From positions 1 to 63,624 of the IMG/VR virus record IMGVR_UViG_3300046167_000634: a stretch of DNA of 63,624 bases. The stretch is one strand, 5' to 3'. This DNA comes from a virus (Duplodnaviria > Caudoviricetes). The stretch's first letter is position 1. Every line of letters begins with the position of its first letter. Below the pieces are notes generated by a model. It did not search any database. It was not told where the DNA came from and saw only the letters and a list, made by a program, of their open reading frames with translations. Both the position numbers and the translations under genes were made by a program. Below are positions 1-10,958 of this stretch, one piece after another.

Positions 1-2
1 GT

Positions 3-1179
3 ATTGAGGGTGAATCGTTAACAATAAACACCGGCCCGTCAACTATTACAGGTGAACTTGATAAGGACGGAAGTAAAATAACAAACTTAGCAAATCCTAC
101 CAGTGCACAAGATGCCGCTACAAAAGCTTATGTTGACTCTCAGTCTGGAGGCGGCGGTACCACTTATAGTATAAATGCCGGAGCAAAATCCGGCAATAAT
201 GTGCCTATTAATTTAGACGCGGCAAGCGGAACGGACACCCTTATAAACTTAACCCAGGGAACTGGAATTACATTAACTAGAAATAGTTCTAACCAAATAA
301 CCATTGAGGCGTCTGGCGGCGGTGGCGGAAGTAGCACATTGAGCGGTTTATCAGATGTTACTATTTCAAGCCTTCAAAACAATGATCTGTTGATGTACAA
401 CGGCACTGCTTCAGAATGGCAAAACACGAATTTAGGACTAACTGTTACGCCAACATTATCAGGTGCCTCAACAGGCTATGCAACGCTAAACTATACGTTT
501 ACTGTATCAAACCACGCTACTTACGACGACCCCGCTTATTATGTAGAAGTTTACAATACTTCCGGATCTGTAGTAGTAGCTAATAGCGCGATAACTAATA
601 ATTATGATGGAACTTTTACATTTGCATTACCGTCAGCGGCCGCTTCTTACACAATACAAGTAAGGGCTCAAGATTTTGGCGACCTACAATCAGAAATAGC
701 TACTAAAACGATTACTGTTTCACAGCTTTCATTGAATTACCGATATTTCCGTGTAACAAATTTTACGGGGACCGCCAAAACTTCTGTAATGATAAGAGAT
801 TTTAGGCTTTATACTTCCGCCGGCCAGAGCGGAACGCAACTACCCCCCAATATGACATCCAATACCGCTCCCCACGCCTTATGTTGCCAGCGGGCAAGGG
901 CAGTATAGCGCTTCATATGATCCTTATAAAGCATTTGACAGCAGTGCAAGCTCCCAATGGTGGAATTTAAGCGGGAATAATACTACTGATTACCTTCAAA
1001 TTGATTTAGGGCAGGCTTATACCATTAAAAGTTTTAGATTTAGAGAAGGATCAGATGATTATAGCTGGACCGGATGCACTGTACAGGCATCAAACACCGG
1101 AGCATTTAATGGGGAAGAATTTGAAGTAGTATTAACCGGGTTAACAGCATTGTACCCATCTTATAAAAACGCAGGATAA
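3..1179 (+). CDS. Tail fibre/receptor-binding protein, 5'-partial, with C-terminal F5/8 type C (discoidin)-like domain; apparent +1 frameshift near 870
   Basis: Frame is open from nt 3 (ITNLANPTSAQDAATKAYVD fibre motif; LSGLSDVTISSLQNNDLLMYNGTASEWQN repeat). After removing one C at ~870 it continues YDPYKAFDSSASSQWW...DYLQIDLGQAYTIKSFRF to TAA at 1179. Confidence 0.75.
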
Positions 1180-1183
1180 AATT

Positions 1184-1405
1184 ATGAGTTTAAAAACAGA
1201 ATGTAGAGAGGCTATATATCATTATGCAGATGAGGAAGCACAACGAAACGCAGCCTTGACCGGTGAGCATATAGAATATGTAAACTTAGTATTAACACTT
1301 TTAAGAGACAGTTATAAAGAACAAAATTTAGCAGGAGCAACAACTTTTACAGTATCTGAACAAATAGCGGCTACCTTAGAAGAAGAATGTCCCTGGATAG
1401 ATTAA
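1184..1405 (+). CDS. Hypothetical protein (possible tail fibre assembly chaperone)
   Basis: 73-aa ORF directly after the fibre gene. Confidence 0.5.
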   Translation: MSLKTECREAIYHYADEEAQRNAALTGEHIEYVNLVLTLLRDSYKEQNLAGATTFTVSEQIAATLEEECPWID

Positions 1406-1417
1406 GTAAAAATTAAC

Positions 1418-1442
1418 TAAATGTGTAATATATATATTATAC
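1418..1442 (+). promoter_or_regulatory. Putative phage promoter (TAAAT.YGTAAT motif)
   Basis: TAAATGTGTAATATATATATTATAC in an intergenic gap; the motif recurs upstream of other operons. Confidence 0.5.
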
Positions 1443-1476
1443 AAATATAATAATAACAATTAAATTAAATTAAATT

Positions 1477-1737
1477 ATGTCTAAAGACAATAAAATAACC
1501 GAAGAGCAACTAGAAAAATTACAAAAATTTGTACAAGCTCTAAACCAAAGTCAAATACAACTAGGGCAACTAGAAATACAAAAGCACACCCTATTGCATC
1601 AAACCTCTGAAATCCAAAAAGGTTTAAATGATTATCAAGTTGAACTTGAAGAAGAATACGGTAAAGTATCTGTAAATATTCAAGATGGAACTTATGTAGC
1701 GATACCAGAAGAAGATGAATCTGATAAGAAAGATTAG
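1477..1737 (+). CDS. Hypothetical coiled-coil protein
   Basis: 86 aa with heptad pattern, ending EEEYGKVSVNIQDGTY. Confidence 0.7.
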   Translation: MSKDNKITEEQLEKLQKFVQALNQSQIQLGQLEIQKHTLLHQTSEIQKGLNDYQVELEEEYGKVSVNIQDGTYVAIPEEDESDKKD

Positions 1738-1933
1738 TATCGGTAGAGACTATAAAAATGAAGCTATGCATTACTCCGTAGGTCAAGAGGTCTACGGAGG
1801 GCATACTATCTGCGATATAGTTGAAGAGGATAATAAATACAGTATTTATATTAAAAAAAATAACGAAATATTGCCTTGGAAAGATTTTAATAAAAATATG
1901 GCGGTAGCGGTTGAATATAACTTAGAGTATTAA
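1715..1933 (+). CDS. Hypothetical protein
   Basis: 72 aa; overlaps both neighbours (TAATG coupling at 1933). Confidence 0.7.
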   Translation: MNLIRKISIGRDYKNEAMHYSVGQEVYGGHTICDIVEEDNKYSIYIKKNNEILPWKDFNKNMAVAVEYNLEY

Positions 1934-2538
1934 TGCGTAGTATTTTTAACTTTATAGTTACACCAAAAAAAGAACGTTATAATAATAAAACAAAAGTTGG
2001 TGAAACAGATTTAATATTAAATACAGAAATATCAGACCATAGATATATTAGCAGAAATGCTATTGTACTTGAAACGCCGATTGCTGAAAAAACAAATATT
2101 AAAAAAGGTGATGAAATTATTGTTCACCATAATGTATTTCGCCGGTGGTATGACGTTCGGGGTAAAGAACAAAACTCTAGAGCATTTTTTGAAGAAGATA
2201 AATACTTTATTGAAACAGACCAAATATTTTTATATAAAAGAAAAAATAAATGGCAAGCTCCTAAAGGATATTGTTTTGTTAAACCATTAAAAGAATCAAC
2301 TAAGCTAAGCATTGATAAAGAAAAACCTTTAGTTGGAATTATAAAGTACGCGGATAAAGATTTAGAAAAAAACGGTATTAAAGAAAATTCTTTAGTAGGT
2401 TTTAAGCCATTCAGCGAATATGAATTTGTTATTAATGGTGAACGCCTTTATAGGGTAAAAACAGATTTTATTACAATTAAATATGAATACCAAGGAAACG
2501 AAACAGAATATAATCCGAGCTGGGCAGAAAGCAGTTAA
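1933..2538 (+). CDS. GroES-like protein, probably two tandem GroES-fold domains
   Basis: FIVTP...LILNT...AIVLETP..IKKGDEIIVHH and YCFVKP...VGIIKY..GIKENSLVGF...YEFVINGERLYRV resemble two Cpn10 barrels. Confidence 0.55.
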   Translation: MRSIFNFIVTPKKERYNNKTKVGETDLILNTEISDHRYISRNAIVLETPIAEKTNIKKGDEIIVHHNVFRRWYDVRGKEQNSRAFFEEDKYFIETDQIFLYKRKNKWQAPKGYCFVKPLKESTKLSIDKEKPLVGIIKYADKDLEKNGIKENSLVGFKPFSEYEFVINGERLYRVKTDFITIKYEYQGNETEYNPSWAESS

Positions 2539-2758
2539 GGAGCTTATAAAAGTTGCAGAAGAAAAAATCATTACAAATACAGAAGATGATGTTTCTGCCG
2601 ATAGACTTAAAAACGCGGCCGCTACAAAAAAGCTTGCAATATTTGATGCGTTTGAAATTCTAAATAGAATTGAAGAAGAGCGTAATATGCTGGCGGGCGC
2701 TGATGTAGAAACTAAAGCTAAATCATTTAAAGGCTTTGCAGAAGGAAGATCTAAGTAA
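2483..2758 (+). CDS. Putative terminase small subunit
   Basis: 91-aa helical protein translationally coupled to TerL; call is positional. Confidence 0.5.
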   Translation: MNTKETKQNIIRAGQKAVKELIKVAEEKIITNTEDDVSADRLKNAAATKKLAIFDAFEILNRIEEERNMLAGADVETKAKSFKGFAEGRSK

Positions 2759-4971
2759 TGTACGAGCAAAGTTTATTTAAAATACTACCGGATTATATAG
2801 ATCCTAAAGTGCTTAAGAAAAAAAATAGATATAAGCAATGGAAATATGGTTATGACAAAGAATCTGATGTTATAGTCATTAGTAAAACTGGGGAGATTGG
2901 CGAAGTGTATAGCATACAAAATTTAACTATAGCTTTGCCTAAACAAAATAACCCTTATGAATTTAAATCTAACAAATGGGGTAGGCTTGATTATCCACAA
3001 GAGCTTAGCAAAATAAAAAGCGTATTTGAGTGGAATCAAAAGCCAGAATACTTCAAAGAAAAATATTATGACTATATAGATGAAGAATTTAAACGTCGAG
3101 AACAAGGTTTTTGGTTCTATAATAGAAGCGTGGCTACTTACATTACTGGTGCTCATTATATGTACTTGCAGTGGGCCAAGATTGATGTTGGGGCAGCAGA
3201 GTTTAGGGAATCAAACAGATTATTCTTTATATTCTGGGAAGCTTGCAAAGCAGATCAAAGATGCTACGGTATGTGCTACCTCAAAAACAGGCGTTCAGGA
3301 TTTTCATTCATGGCATCAGGCGAAACTGTTAATTTGGCAACAATCAGTTCAGATTCAAGATTCGGCATCTTATCAAAGTCTGGTGGCGACGCCAAAAAAA
3401 TGTTTACAGATAAGGTAGTACCAATATCAGTTAACTACCCTTTCTTTTTTAAACCAATACAAGACGGTATGGACCGTCCAAAAACAGAGTTAGCATATAG
3501 AGTACCGGCTTCAAAGCTAACACGAAGAAAGCTTGATCAAGGCGAAAACCCTGAAGAGCTTGAGGGGCTGGATACAACTATTGACTGGAAAAATACAGGT
3601 GATAACAGTTACGATGGTGAAAAACTAAAGCTGTTAGTACACGATGAATCGGGTAAATGGGAAAGGCCAGACAATATATTAAACAACTGGCGAGTAACAA
3701 AAACAACACTAAGACTTGGTTCTCGTATTGTTGGAAAATGTATGATGGGTTCAACATCAAACGCATTAGATAAAGGCGGTAAAAACTTTAAAAAGTTATA
3801 TTATGACTCAGACGTTACAAAAAGAAACCGCAATGGACAGACTAGCTCAGGACTATATTCTTTGTTTATACCTATGGAGTGGAATTACGAAGGATTCATT
3901 GATTCTTATGGACACCCTGTCTTTGATACGCCAGCAAAACCAGTTGAAGGACCATATGGCGAAGTTATTGAACAAGGGGTTATTGAACACTGGCAAAACG
4001 AAGTAGACGGTTTAAAACAAGATCAAGACGGTTTAAATGAATATTACCGTCAATTTCCAAGAACGGAGCAGCATGCTTTCCGTGACGAAGCAAAAGAATC
4101 TTTATTCAATCTTACTAGAATATACCAACAAATAGATTACAACGAAGAGGTGTCTAATAATATGAAAGTAACACAAGGTAGCTTTCAATGGTTAAACGGT
4201 AAACAAGATAGTGAAGTTATTTTTACTCCTAATAAAAGTGGTAGATTTAAAATATCTTGGGTACCACCAAAAAAATTACAAAACTGTGTAATAAATAAGA
4301 ATGGCGTTAAATATCCGGGCAATGAGCATATAGGTGCGTTTGGATGTGATTCATATGATATATCAGGCACAGTTGATAAACGCGGATCTAAAGGAGCGCT
4401 ACACGGATTAACTAAGTTTAGCATGGAAGATGCCCCGCCTAATATGTTTTTTTTAGAATATATCGCAAGACCTCAGACAGCTGAAATATTTTTTGAAGAT
4501 GTTTTAATGGCTTGTATATTTTATGGTATGCCTATACTTATAGAAAATAATAAACCCAGGCTGCTTTACTATTTTAAAAGAAGAGGTTATCGGGGATTTT
4601 CAATGAACAGGCCAGATAAACTTTGGAATAAGTTATCTGTAACAGAAAAAGATATAGGTGGTATACCTAATTCGTCAGAAGATATTAAACAAGCCCATGC
4701 CGCCGCAATTGAAAGTTATATAGAAACATACATAGGTGAAGTTGCGGACGGAATATATGGGGATATGTATTTACAAAAAACGCTTGAAGATTGGGCCACA
4801 TTTAATATAAATAATCGTACAAAGCACGATGCTACTATTAGCTCTGGATTAGCGATTATGGCTTGCAATAAAAACAGGTATAGGCCATCGGCGGAAAGAG
4901 TATTAAAGTCTGTGCCTCTTGGTTTTAAAAAATATAACAATAAAGGATTTAGTTCAAAAATAATAAAATAA
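2758..4971 (+). CDS. terL: Terminase large subunit
   Basis: Walker A-like KNRRSGFS, Walker B LLVHDESGKW, RNase H-like nuclease motifs FGCDSYD and TKHDATISSG; 737 aa, upstream of portal. Confidence 0.93.
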   Translation: MYEQSLFKILPDYIDPKVLKKKNRYKQWKYGYDKESDVIVISKTGEIGEVYSIQNLTIALPKQNNPYEFKSNKWGRLDYPQELSKIKSVFEWNQKPEYFKEKYYDYIDEEFKRREQGFWFYNRSVATYITGAHYMYLQWAKIDVGAAEFRESNRLFFIFWEACKADQRCYGMCYLKNRRSGFSFMASGETVNLATISSDSRFGILSKSGGDAKKMFTDKVVPISVNYPFFFKPIQDGMDRPKTELAYRVPASKLTRRKLDQGENPEELEGLDTTIDWKNTGDNSYDGEKLKLLVHDESGKWERPDNILNNWRVTKTTLRLGSRIVGKCMMGSTSNALDKGGKNFKKLYYDSDVTKRNRNGQTSSGLYSLFIPMEWNYEGFIDSYGHPVFDTPAKPVEGPYGEVIEQGVIEHWQNEVDGLKQDQDGLNEYYRQFPRTEQHAFRDEAKESLFNLTRIYQQIDYNEEVSNNMKVTQGSFQWLNGKQDSEVIFTPNKSGRFKISWVPPKKLQNCVINKNGVKYPGNEHIGAFGCDSYDISGTVDKRGSKGALHGLTKFSMEDAPPNMFFLEYIARPQTAEIFFEDVLMACIFYGMPILIENNKPRLLYYFKRRGYRGFSMNRPDKLWNKLSVTEKDIGGIPNSSEDIKQAHAAAIESYIETYIGEVADGIYGDMYLQKTLEDWATFNINNRTKHDATISSGLAIMACNKNRYRPSAERVLKSVPLGFKKYNNKGFSSKIIK

Positions 4972-7395
4972 ATGGTTAATACTAATTATACTAGTTTTTT
5001 CCCGAGTCAAGTCGCGAGCAATGAAGAAAAGTTAAGCATGGGCTACGGCCTAAAGGTTGCACGGGCTATTGAGCAGGAATGGTTTAAAAAAGAATCTGGT
5101 AATAATAAATTTATTATTAACCAAAACCAATTTCATAAGCTTAAGCTTTATGCTAGAGGGGAACAATCAATTCAAAAATACAAAGATGAATTATCTATAA
5201 ACGGTGATTTATCTTATTTGAATTTAGATTGGAAGCCTATACCAATAATACCAAAATTTGTTGATATTGTTGTAAACGGTATAGCCGAAAGAACTTATGA
5301 TATAAAGGCGTATTCTCAAGACCCTCATGGTGTATCTAAAAGGACGCAGTACATGGAGGCTTTAATTACGGATATGCAAACGCGTGATTTAAACGATTTT
5401 GTTGAAGAAAACTTCGGTATTAATTTATACTCTAATCCAAAAGAGATGTTACCGGTTGATGAGCAAGAACTATCACTGCATATGCAGCTTAATTATAAGC
5501 AAGCTGTTGAATTAGCTGAAGAGCAAGCTATTAATACTATTTTTGATCAAAATAGATATGAACTAACTAAAAAACGTTTTTATTACGATATAGCTGTTTT
5601 AGGTATTGGCGCTATAAAAAGTAATTTTTCAAAGTCAGAAGGAATTACTATTGATTATGTAGACCCCGCTAATATTGTTTATTCGCACAGTGAATCCCCA
5701 TATTTTGAAGATTTATACTATGTGGGCGAAGTTAAAACAGTAACAATAAATGAACTTAAAAAACAATTTCCTCTTTTAACGGATGAAGATTTAAAGGAAA
5801 TAGCAGACCAAGGTTCGCAAGAATATAGCGTTTATAATAAATATAGAACTGATCGCCAGAATAAGGATACAAATTCTATTCAATTATTATACTTCAATTA
5901 TAAAACATACATGAATGAAGTATATAAAATAAAAGTTACAAGCACCGGTGGCAATAAAGCATTAAAGAAAGACGAAAACTTTAATCCGCCAAAAGACTCT
6001 AGGGCAATGTTTGAAAAAATAGCCAATTCATATGAGGTTCTTTATGATGGTGTATATGTGCTGGGATCAAATAAACTTTTAAAATGGGAGCTATGCAAAA
6101 ATATGGTACGCCCTAAAAGTGATGCGAATAAAGTTCGTATGAATTACAGTATCGTTGCTCCAAGAATGTATGCGGGTCGAATTGAATCATTAGTAAGCAG
6201 AATGACAACATTTGCTGATATGATTCAGTTAACTCATTTAAAGTTGCAACAAGTTTTATCAAGGGTTGTTCCGGATGGTATTTATTTAGATGCCGACGGC
6301 TTAGCTGAAATAGACTTGGGTAATGGCACAAATTACAATCCGCAAGAAGCATTAAATATGTTTTTCCAAACAGGATCAATTATTGGCAGATCATATACAG
6401 GTGACGGCGATATGAATCCTGGTAAAGTACCTATTCAAGAAATAGCGTCTGGCTCAGGTAATAATAAAATAGCGTCATTGATTAGCACTTATAATTATTA
6501 TTTGCAGATGATGCGGGATGTTACAGGTTTAAATGAAGCTCGTGACGGAAGTACTCCAGACAAGAATGCTTTAGTTGGTGTACAAAAATTAGCGGCTGCA
6601 AATTCAAACACCGCAACTCGACACATATTACAAGCAGGTTTATTTTTAACGGCTGAAATGGCAGAAAAGGTTTCATTAAGAATATCTGACGTCCTTGAAT
6701 ACGCCCCATCGCGCGAAGCATTTATACAAGCTATCGGTGTACATAATGTAGCAACCTTAGACGAATTAAAAGAATTACATATATATGATTTCGGTATATT
6801 TATTGATTTAGCGCCTGATGAAGAAGAAAAGCAAGTGCTAGAAAATAATATACAGGCATCAATTGCGCAAGGTGGAATTGATTTAGAAGATGCTATCGAT
6901 ATACGGGAAATTAAAAATGTACGATTAGCAAACCAATTATTAAAAATCAAACGCCGCAAAAAACAAGAGCGTGATCAATTGGTACAACAACAAAATATTC
7001 AAGCGCAAGCGCAAGCCAACGCACAAGCACAACAGGTGGCCGCCCAGGCGGAAGTGCAAAAACAACAAGCTTTACTGTCTCAAAAAGCGCAATTAAAACA
7101 ATTAGAATCACAATTAGACGCTGAGCGTTTAGAACGCGAAGCAAGCCTCAAAAAAGATCTTATGCAGTTAGAGTTTCAAATGAATATGCAACTCAAAGGG
7201 CTGGAAGTTGATTCACAAAAACAAACAATTAAAGAAAAAGAAGATCGCAAAGATGACCGCACAAAATTACAAGCAAGTCAACAAAGCGAATTAATTAATC
7301 AAAGAAAAAACAATTTACCGCCTAAATCATTTGAATCATCAGGTAATGATATACTTAGCGGTGATTTTGACTTAGGTTCTTTTGAACCTAGGTAA
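4972..7395 (+). CDS. Portal protein
   Basis: 807 aa directly after TerL; PIIPKFVDIVVNG, MMRDVTGLNEARDG and a Q-rich coiled-coil C-terminus typical of P22/crAss-like portals. Confidence 0.88.
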   Translation: MVNTNYTSFFPSQVASNEEKLSMGYGLKVARAIEQEWFKKESGNNKFIINQNQFHKLKLYARGEQSIQKYKDELSINGDLSYLNLDWKPIPIIPKFVDIVVNGIAERTYDIKAYSQDPHGVSKRTQYMEALITDMQTRDLNDFVEENFGINLYSNPKEMLPVDEQELSLHMQLNYKQAVELAEEQAINTIFDQNRYELTKKRFYYDIAVLGIGAIKSNFSKSEGITIDYVDPANIVYSHSESPYFEDLYYVGEVKTVTINELKKQFPLLTDEDLKEIADQGSQEYSVYNKYRTDRQNKDTNSIQLLYFNYKTYMNEVYKIKVTSTGGNKALKKDENFNPPKDSRAMFEKIANSYEVLYDGVYVLGSNKLLKWELCKNMVRPKSDANKVRMNYSIVAPRMYAGRIESLVSRMTTFADMIQLTHLKLQQVLSRVVPDGIYLDADGLAEIDLGNGTNYNPQEALNMFFQTGSIIGRSYTGDGDMNPGKVPIQEIASGSGNNKIASLISTYNYYLQMMRDVTGLNEARDGSTPDKNALVGVQKLAAANSNTATRHILQAGLFLTAEMAEKVSLRISDVLEYAPSREAFIQAIGVHNVATLDELKELHIYDFGIFIDLAPDEEEKQVLENNIQASIAQGGIDLEDAIDIREIKNVRLANQLLKIKRRKKQERDQLVQQQNIQAQAQANAQAQQVAAQAEVQKQQALLSQKAQLKQLESQLDAERLEREASLKKDLMQLEFQMNMQLKGLEVDSQKQTIKEKEDRKDDRTKLQASQQSELINQRKNNLPPKSFESSGNDILSGDFDLGSFEPR

Positions 7396-7426
7396 TTTAT
7401 AGTATATAATCTTATAATATCTTATC

Positions 7427-8659
7427 ATGTCTGAAAATATAGAAGCAAAAGTTGTAGACGCTGAAGAAATGTCTATAGCTGAAAAAGAACAATTTGTTCA
7501 AAAAAAATCAGGGGCTATTCAAGAAGATGGCGTATATAAAGTAAATTTAGCCGAGCCTCCGAAACAAGAAGAACCAACCGTTAAAGAAGAAGAAAATGCC
7601 GTTCAAGAGCAAAGCGCAGATGAGGTTCCTGTACGCGACGAACCCGCAGCTAGCGAAGAAATGGTCGAAGAAGTACGGAACACAGAGGAATCTGCCGAAG
7701 AAAAAGAAGAAGTAGTTTTACAAGAAATTACTGAAGAAGAGGTTAAAGAAGAAAGCGTACAAGAAGAAGCAAAAGAATTAGCTAATGAAGTTACAGAGGC
7801 TATTCAAGAACAAAAAGATTCTGGAATTGAGCTTCCTGAAAATATTAAAAAAGTTGTTGACTTCATAAACGAAACAGGAGGGACGCTTGAAGATTACGTA
7901 GCATTGAATAAAGACTATGCACAAGTGGAAGATATGGCTTTACTACGTGATTATTATAAACAAAACAAACCGCACTTATCTGCGGAAGAAATTGATTTTT
8001 TAATTGAAGATAGCTTTTCGTTTGACGAAGACGTTGACGATGAAAGAGAAATTAAGCGTAAAAAACTTCGCTTTAAAGAAGAAGCTGCGCAAGCAAGAAA
8101 TTCTTTAGAAAAATTAAAAAGTCAATATTACGAAGAAATAAAAGGTGGGTCTCGATTAACGCCTGAGCAGCAACAAGCTGTTGAATTTTTTAATCGATAC
8201 AACAAAGAAAACGAAGAGTCTTCCAAAATTGTAGAACAACAAAAATCTGTATTTTTAAATAAAACTAATAATGTTTTTAACGATCAATTCAAAGGTTTTG
8301 AATATAAAGTCGGTGATAAAAGATATAGATTTAATGTTAAAAATGCAAATGAAGTTAAAGAAACCCAAAGCGACATAAACAATTTCGTCAAAAAGTTTTT
8401 GAATGAAAGTAACGAAATGTCAGATGCTAAAGGGTATCATAAATCTTTATTTACAGCAATGAATGCTGATGCTATTGCGAATCATTTTTATGAGCAGGGT
8501 AAAGCCGACGCTTTAAAAACGAGTATGCAAACTGCTAAAAATATTGATATGGATCCTAGGGGGACTCATAATAAAACAATAGATGCAGGAGGTATGAAAG
8601 CAAAAGTTATTAGCGGGGAAAATACTTCGAACATAAAAATAAAACTTAAAAATTATTAA
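7427..8659 (+). CDS. Capsid scaffolding protein
   Basis: Very acidic coiled-coil protein between portal and major capsid. Confidence 0.7.
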   Translation: MSENIEAKVVDAEEMSIAEKEQFVQKKSGAIQEDGVYKVNLAEPPKQEEPTVKEEENAVQEQSADEVPVRDEPAASEEMVEEVRNTEESAEEKEEVVLQEITEEEVKEESVQEEAKELANEVTEAIQEQKDSGIELPENIKKVVDFINETGGTLEDYVALNKDYAQVEDMALLRDYYKQNKPHLSAEEIDFLIEDSFSFDEDVDDEREIKRKKLRFKEEAAQARNSLEKLKSQYYEEIKGGSRLTPEQQQAVEFFNRYNKENEESSKIVEQQKSVFLNKTNNVFNDQFKGFEYKVGDKRYRFNVKNANEVKETQSDINNFVKKFLNESNEMSDAKGYHKSLFTAMNADAIANHFYEQGKADALKTSMQTAKNIDMDPRGTHNKTIDAGGMKAKVISGENTSNIKIKLKNY

Positions 8660-8669
8660 AACTTAAAAA

Positions 8670-10070
8670 ATGGCAATTACATTTCAAGGAGGTTCATTTG
8701 AAATCTCCCCAGTAAAAAGAGCTCTAGCAAGTAATTACTTGAGCTTCACAGACGCTTCAAGCGACTGGTCACAACAATATCTCCCTGAGCTTTACGAACA
8801 AGAAGTAGAGCGTTACGGGAATCGTTCAATCGCTTCTTTCCTGCGTATGGTAGGTGCTGAAATGCCTATGGCTTCTGATCAAGTTGTTTGGTCTGAGCAA
8901 GGGCGTTTACATCTTTCTTATGAAGATGCAACTATTACAACTGCTGCTAGCGGTCTGATTACTATTTCTGGTGGTCACGCTATCCGCGTTGGTCAAACAG
9001 TTGTACTTTCTGACGGAACTACTACTACTAAAGGATACGTTTCTGCTACTCCTTCGAGTACTACTTTGAATGTGCTTCCTTATGACACTGATACATTAGA
9101 TACAAATTACAACGATGCAGCAACCATCGACCTTTTTGTATTTGGTTCAGAATTCGCTAAAGGAACTAACGGCATGGCTGGTAATACTTTATCTCCTAGC
9201 TTCCAAACTTTTGATAACAAACCAGTTATTATTAAGGATAAATTTGAAATTTCAGGTTCTGATGCTTCTCAAATTGGGTGGGTTGAAGTTTCTGGCGAAT
9301 CAGGTGAATCAGGATTCTTATGGTACCTAAAAGCTGAAGGTGAAACTCGTACTCGTTTTGAGGATTATCTTGAAATGACGCTTGTTGAAGCTGAAAAAGC
9401 TGTTAGTGCATCTACTATTGAAACTCAACTTGGATATGACTCAGGAAAGCCTGCGGGCACAGAGGGTCTTTTCTCTGCTATTGAAACTCGTGGCCACGTT
9501 GCAACTATGTTTGACGGCACTGGCACAACCGCTACCGCCGAAAGCAAGACTGACGTAACTAATCTTATCGCTAAGCTTGATGCTCAGGGTGCTATTGAAG
9601 AGAATATGCTTTTCTTAAATAGAACTACTACACTAGCAATTGATGATTTCTTAGCTGCTCAGAATTCTTATGGTTCAGGTGGTACTTCTTATGGAGTATT
9701 TGAAAACAGCGAAGATATGGCTCTTAATTTAGGGTTCAGCGGTTTCCGCAGAGGTTCTTATGACTTCTACAAAACTGACTGGAAATACCTAAATGACGGC
9801 AACACTCGTGGATTGATCAACGATATTAAAGGTGTATTGGTTCCTGCCGGTACTTCTTCTGTATATGATCAAGCTATGGGCAAAAACATCCGTCGTCCAT
9901 TCTTACACGTACGCTATCGTGCTTCTGAAGCAGATGACAGACGTATGAAGTCTTGGGTAACTGGATCTGTTGGTGCATCTACTAGCTCACTTGACGCTAT
10001 GGAGGTTCACTACCTATCTGAAAGATGTTTAGTTGTACAAGCAGCTAACAACTTCGTATTATTTAACTAG
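8670..10070 (+). CDS. Major capsid protein
   Basis: 466 aa after scaffold; QQYLPELYEQEVERYG and GTEGLFSAIETRG; biased codon usage; followed by a strong hairpin. Confidence 0.88.
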   Translation: MAITFQGGSFEISPVKRALASNYLSFTDASSDWSQQYLPELYEQEVERYGNRSIASFLRMVGAEMPMASDQVVWSEQGRLHLSYEDATITTAASGLITISGGHAIRVGQTVVLSDGTTTTKGYVSATPSSTTLNVLPYDTDTLDTNYNDAATIDLFVFGSEFAKGTNGMAGNTLSPSFQTFDNKPVIIKDKFEISGSDASQIGWVEVSGESGESGFLWYLKAEGETRTRFEDYLEMTLVEAEKAVSASTIETQLGYDSGKPAGTEGLFSAIETRGHVATMFDGTGTTATAESKTDVTNLIAKLDAQGAIEENMLFLNRTTTLAIDDFLAAQNSYGSGGTSYGVFENSEDMALNLGFSGFRRGSYDFYKTDWKYLNDGNTRGLINDIKGVLVPAGTSSVYDQAMGKNIRRPFLHVRYRASEADDRRMKSWVTGSVGASTSSLDAMEVHYLSERCLVVQAANNFVLFN

Positions 10071-10078
10071 TACTTATT

Positions 10079-10116
10079 AAAAGTCTGGGGTGCTCATACG
10101 GGCACTCCGGCTTTTA
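10079..10116 (+). terminator. Rho-independent terminator after major capsid gene
   Basis: AAAAGTCTGGGGTGCTC-ATAC-GGGCACTCCGGCTTTT stem-loop followed by a T-rich tract. Confidence 0.75.
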
Positions 10117-10144
10117 TTATTAATTTTTTTTATTTTATTATATC

Positions 10145-10900
10145 ATGGCAAAAACAAAAACCGCTACAGAAGTAGCACCAAAATGGGAAGTGAAAGATCG
10201 CTTATATGTACTTAGAAGCGGCAAATCTCCCCTAACATACACAATTAAATCAAGAAACTTATATTGGTTTGATAATGAAAAAGGGTATGAAAGAGAAGTT
10301 AAATATGCTGTAAATCAAAAAACACCTTTTGTAGATGAATTTAAAGGTGATGCAAAATTAGAGCATATTGTTTTTAAAGATGGCGCTTTATTTGTTCCAA
10401 AAGAAAAACAAACTTTACAAAAATTATTATCTCTATATCATCCTTTAAGAAATAGAACTTATTCAGAAGTAGACAACGTTAAAGAAGCTGAGGATCAGTT
10501 GGACATTTTAGAAATGGAAATTGACGCGCTTCAGGTTGCAAAAGAAATGGATATTGACCAAGCAGAAGCTATTCTAAGAGTAGAAATAGGTAATAAAGTT
10601 TCTAAAATGACTTCTAAAGAACTTAAAAGAGATTTATTATTATTTGCAAAAAGCAACCCTGGTTTATTTTTAGAATTAGCGAATGACGACAATATAAATG
10701 TTCGCAACATGGGGATTAAAGCTGTTGAGCAAGGCGTGATTATTTTATCAAATGATCAACGCACATTTAAATGGGCTAGTAATGACAAGAAATTAATTAC
10801 AGTACCATTTGATGAAAACCCGTATTCAGCACTAGCTGCGTACTTTAAAACTGATGATGGTATAGAAGTATACCAATCAATCGAAAAAAGACTTAAATAG
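10145..10900 (+). CDS. Hypothetical protein (probable virion/assembly protein)
   Basis: 251 aa between capsid and tail ring genes. Confidence 0.7.
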   Translation: MAKTKTATEVAPKWEVKDRLYVLRSGKSPLTYTIKSRNLYWFDNEKGYEREVKYAVNQKTPFVDEFKGDAKLEHIVFKDGALFVPKEKQTLQKLLSLYHPLRNRTYSEVDNVKEAEDQLDILEMEIDALQVAKEMDIDQAEAILRVEIGNKVSKMTSKELKRDLLLFAKSNPGLFLELANDDNINVRNMGIKAVEQGVIILSNDQRTFKWASNDKKLITVPFDENPYSALAAYFKTDDGIEVYQSIEKRLK

Positions 10901-10906
10901 TCACTC

Positions 10907-10945
10907 ATAGTGGTTAGGCCATCTTATGGGTGGCCTAACTATTAT
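10907..10945 (+). terminator. Stem-loop / putative terminator
   Basis: ATAGTGGTTAGGCCATC-TTAT-GGGTGGCCTAACTATTAT inverted repeat in the intergenic gap. Confidence 0.65.
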
Positions 10946-10958
10946 TAATAAAAATATT

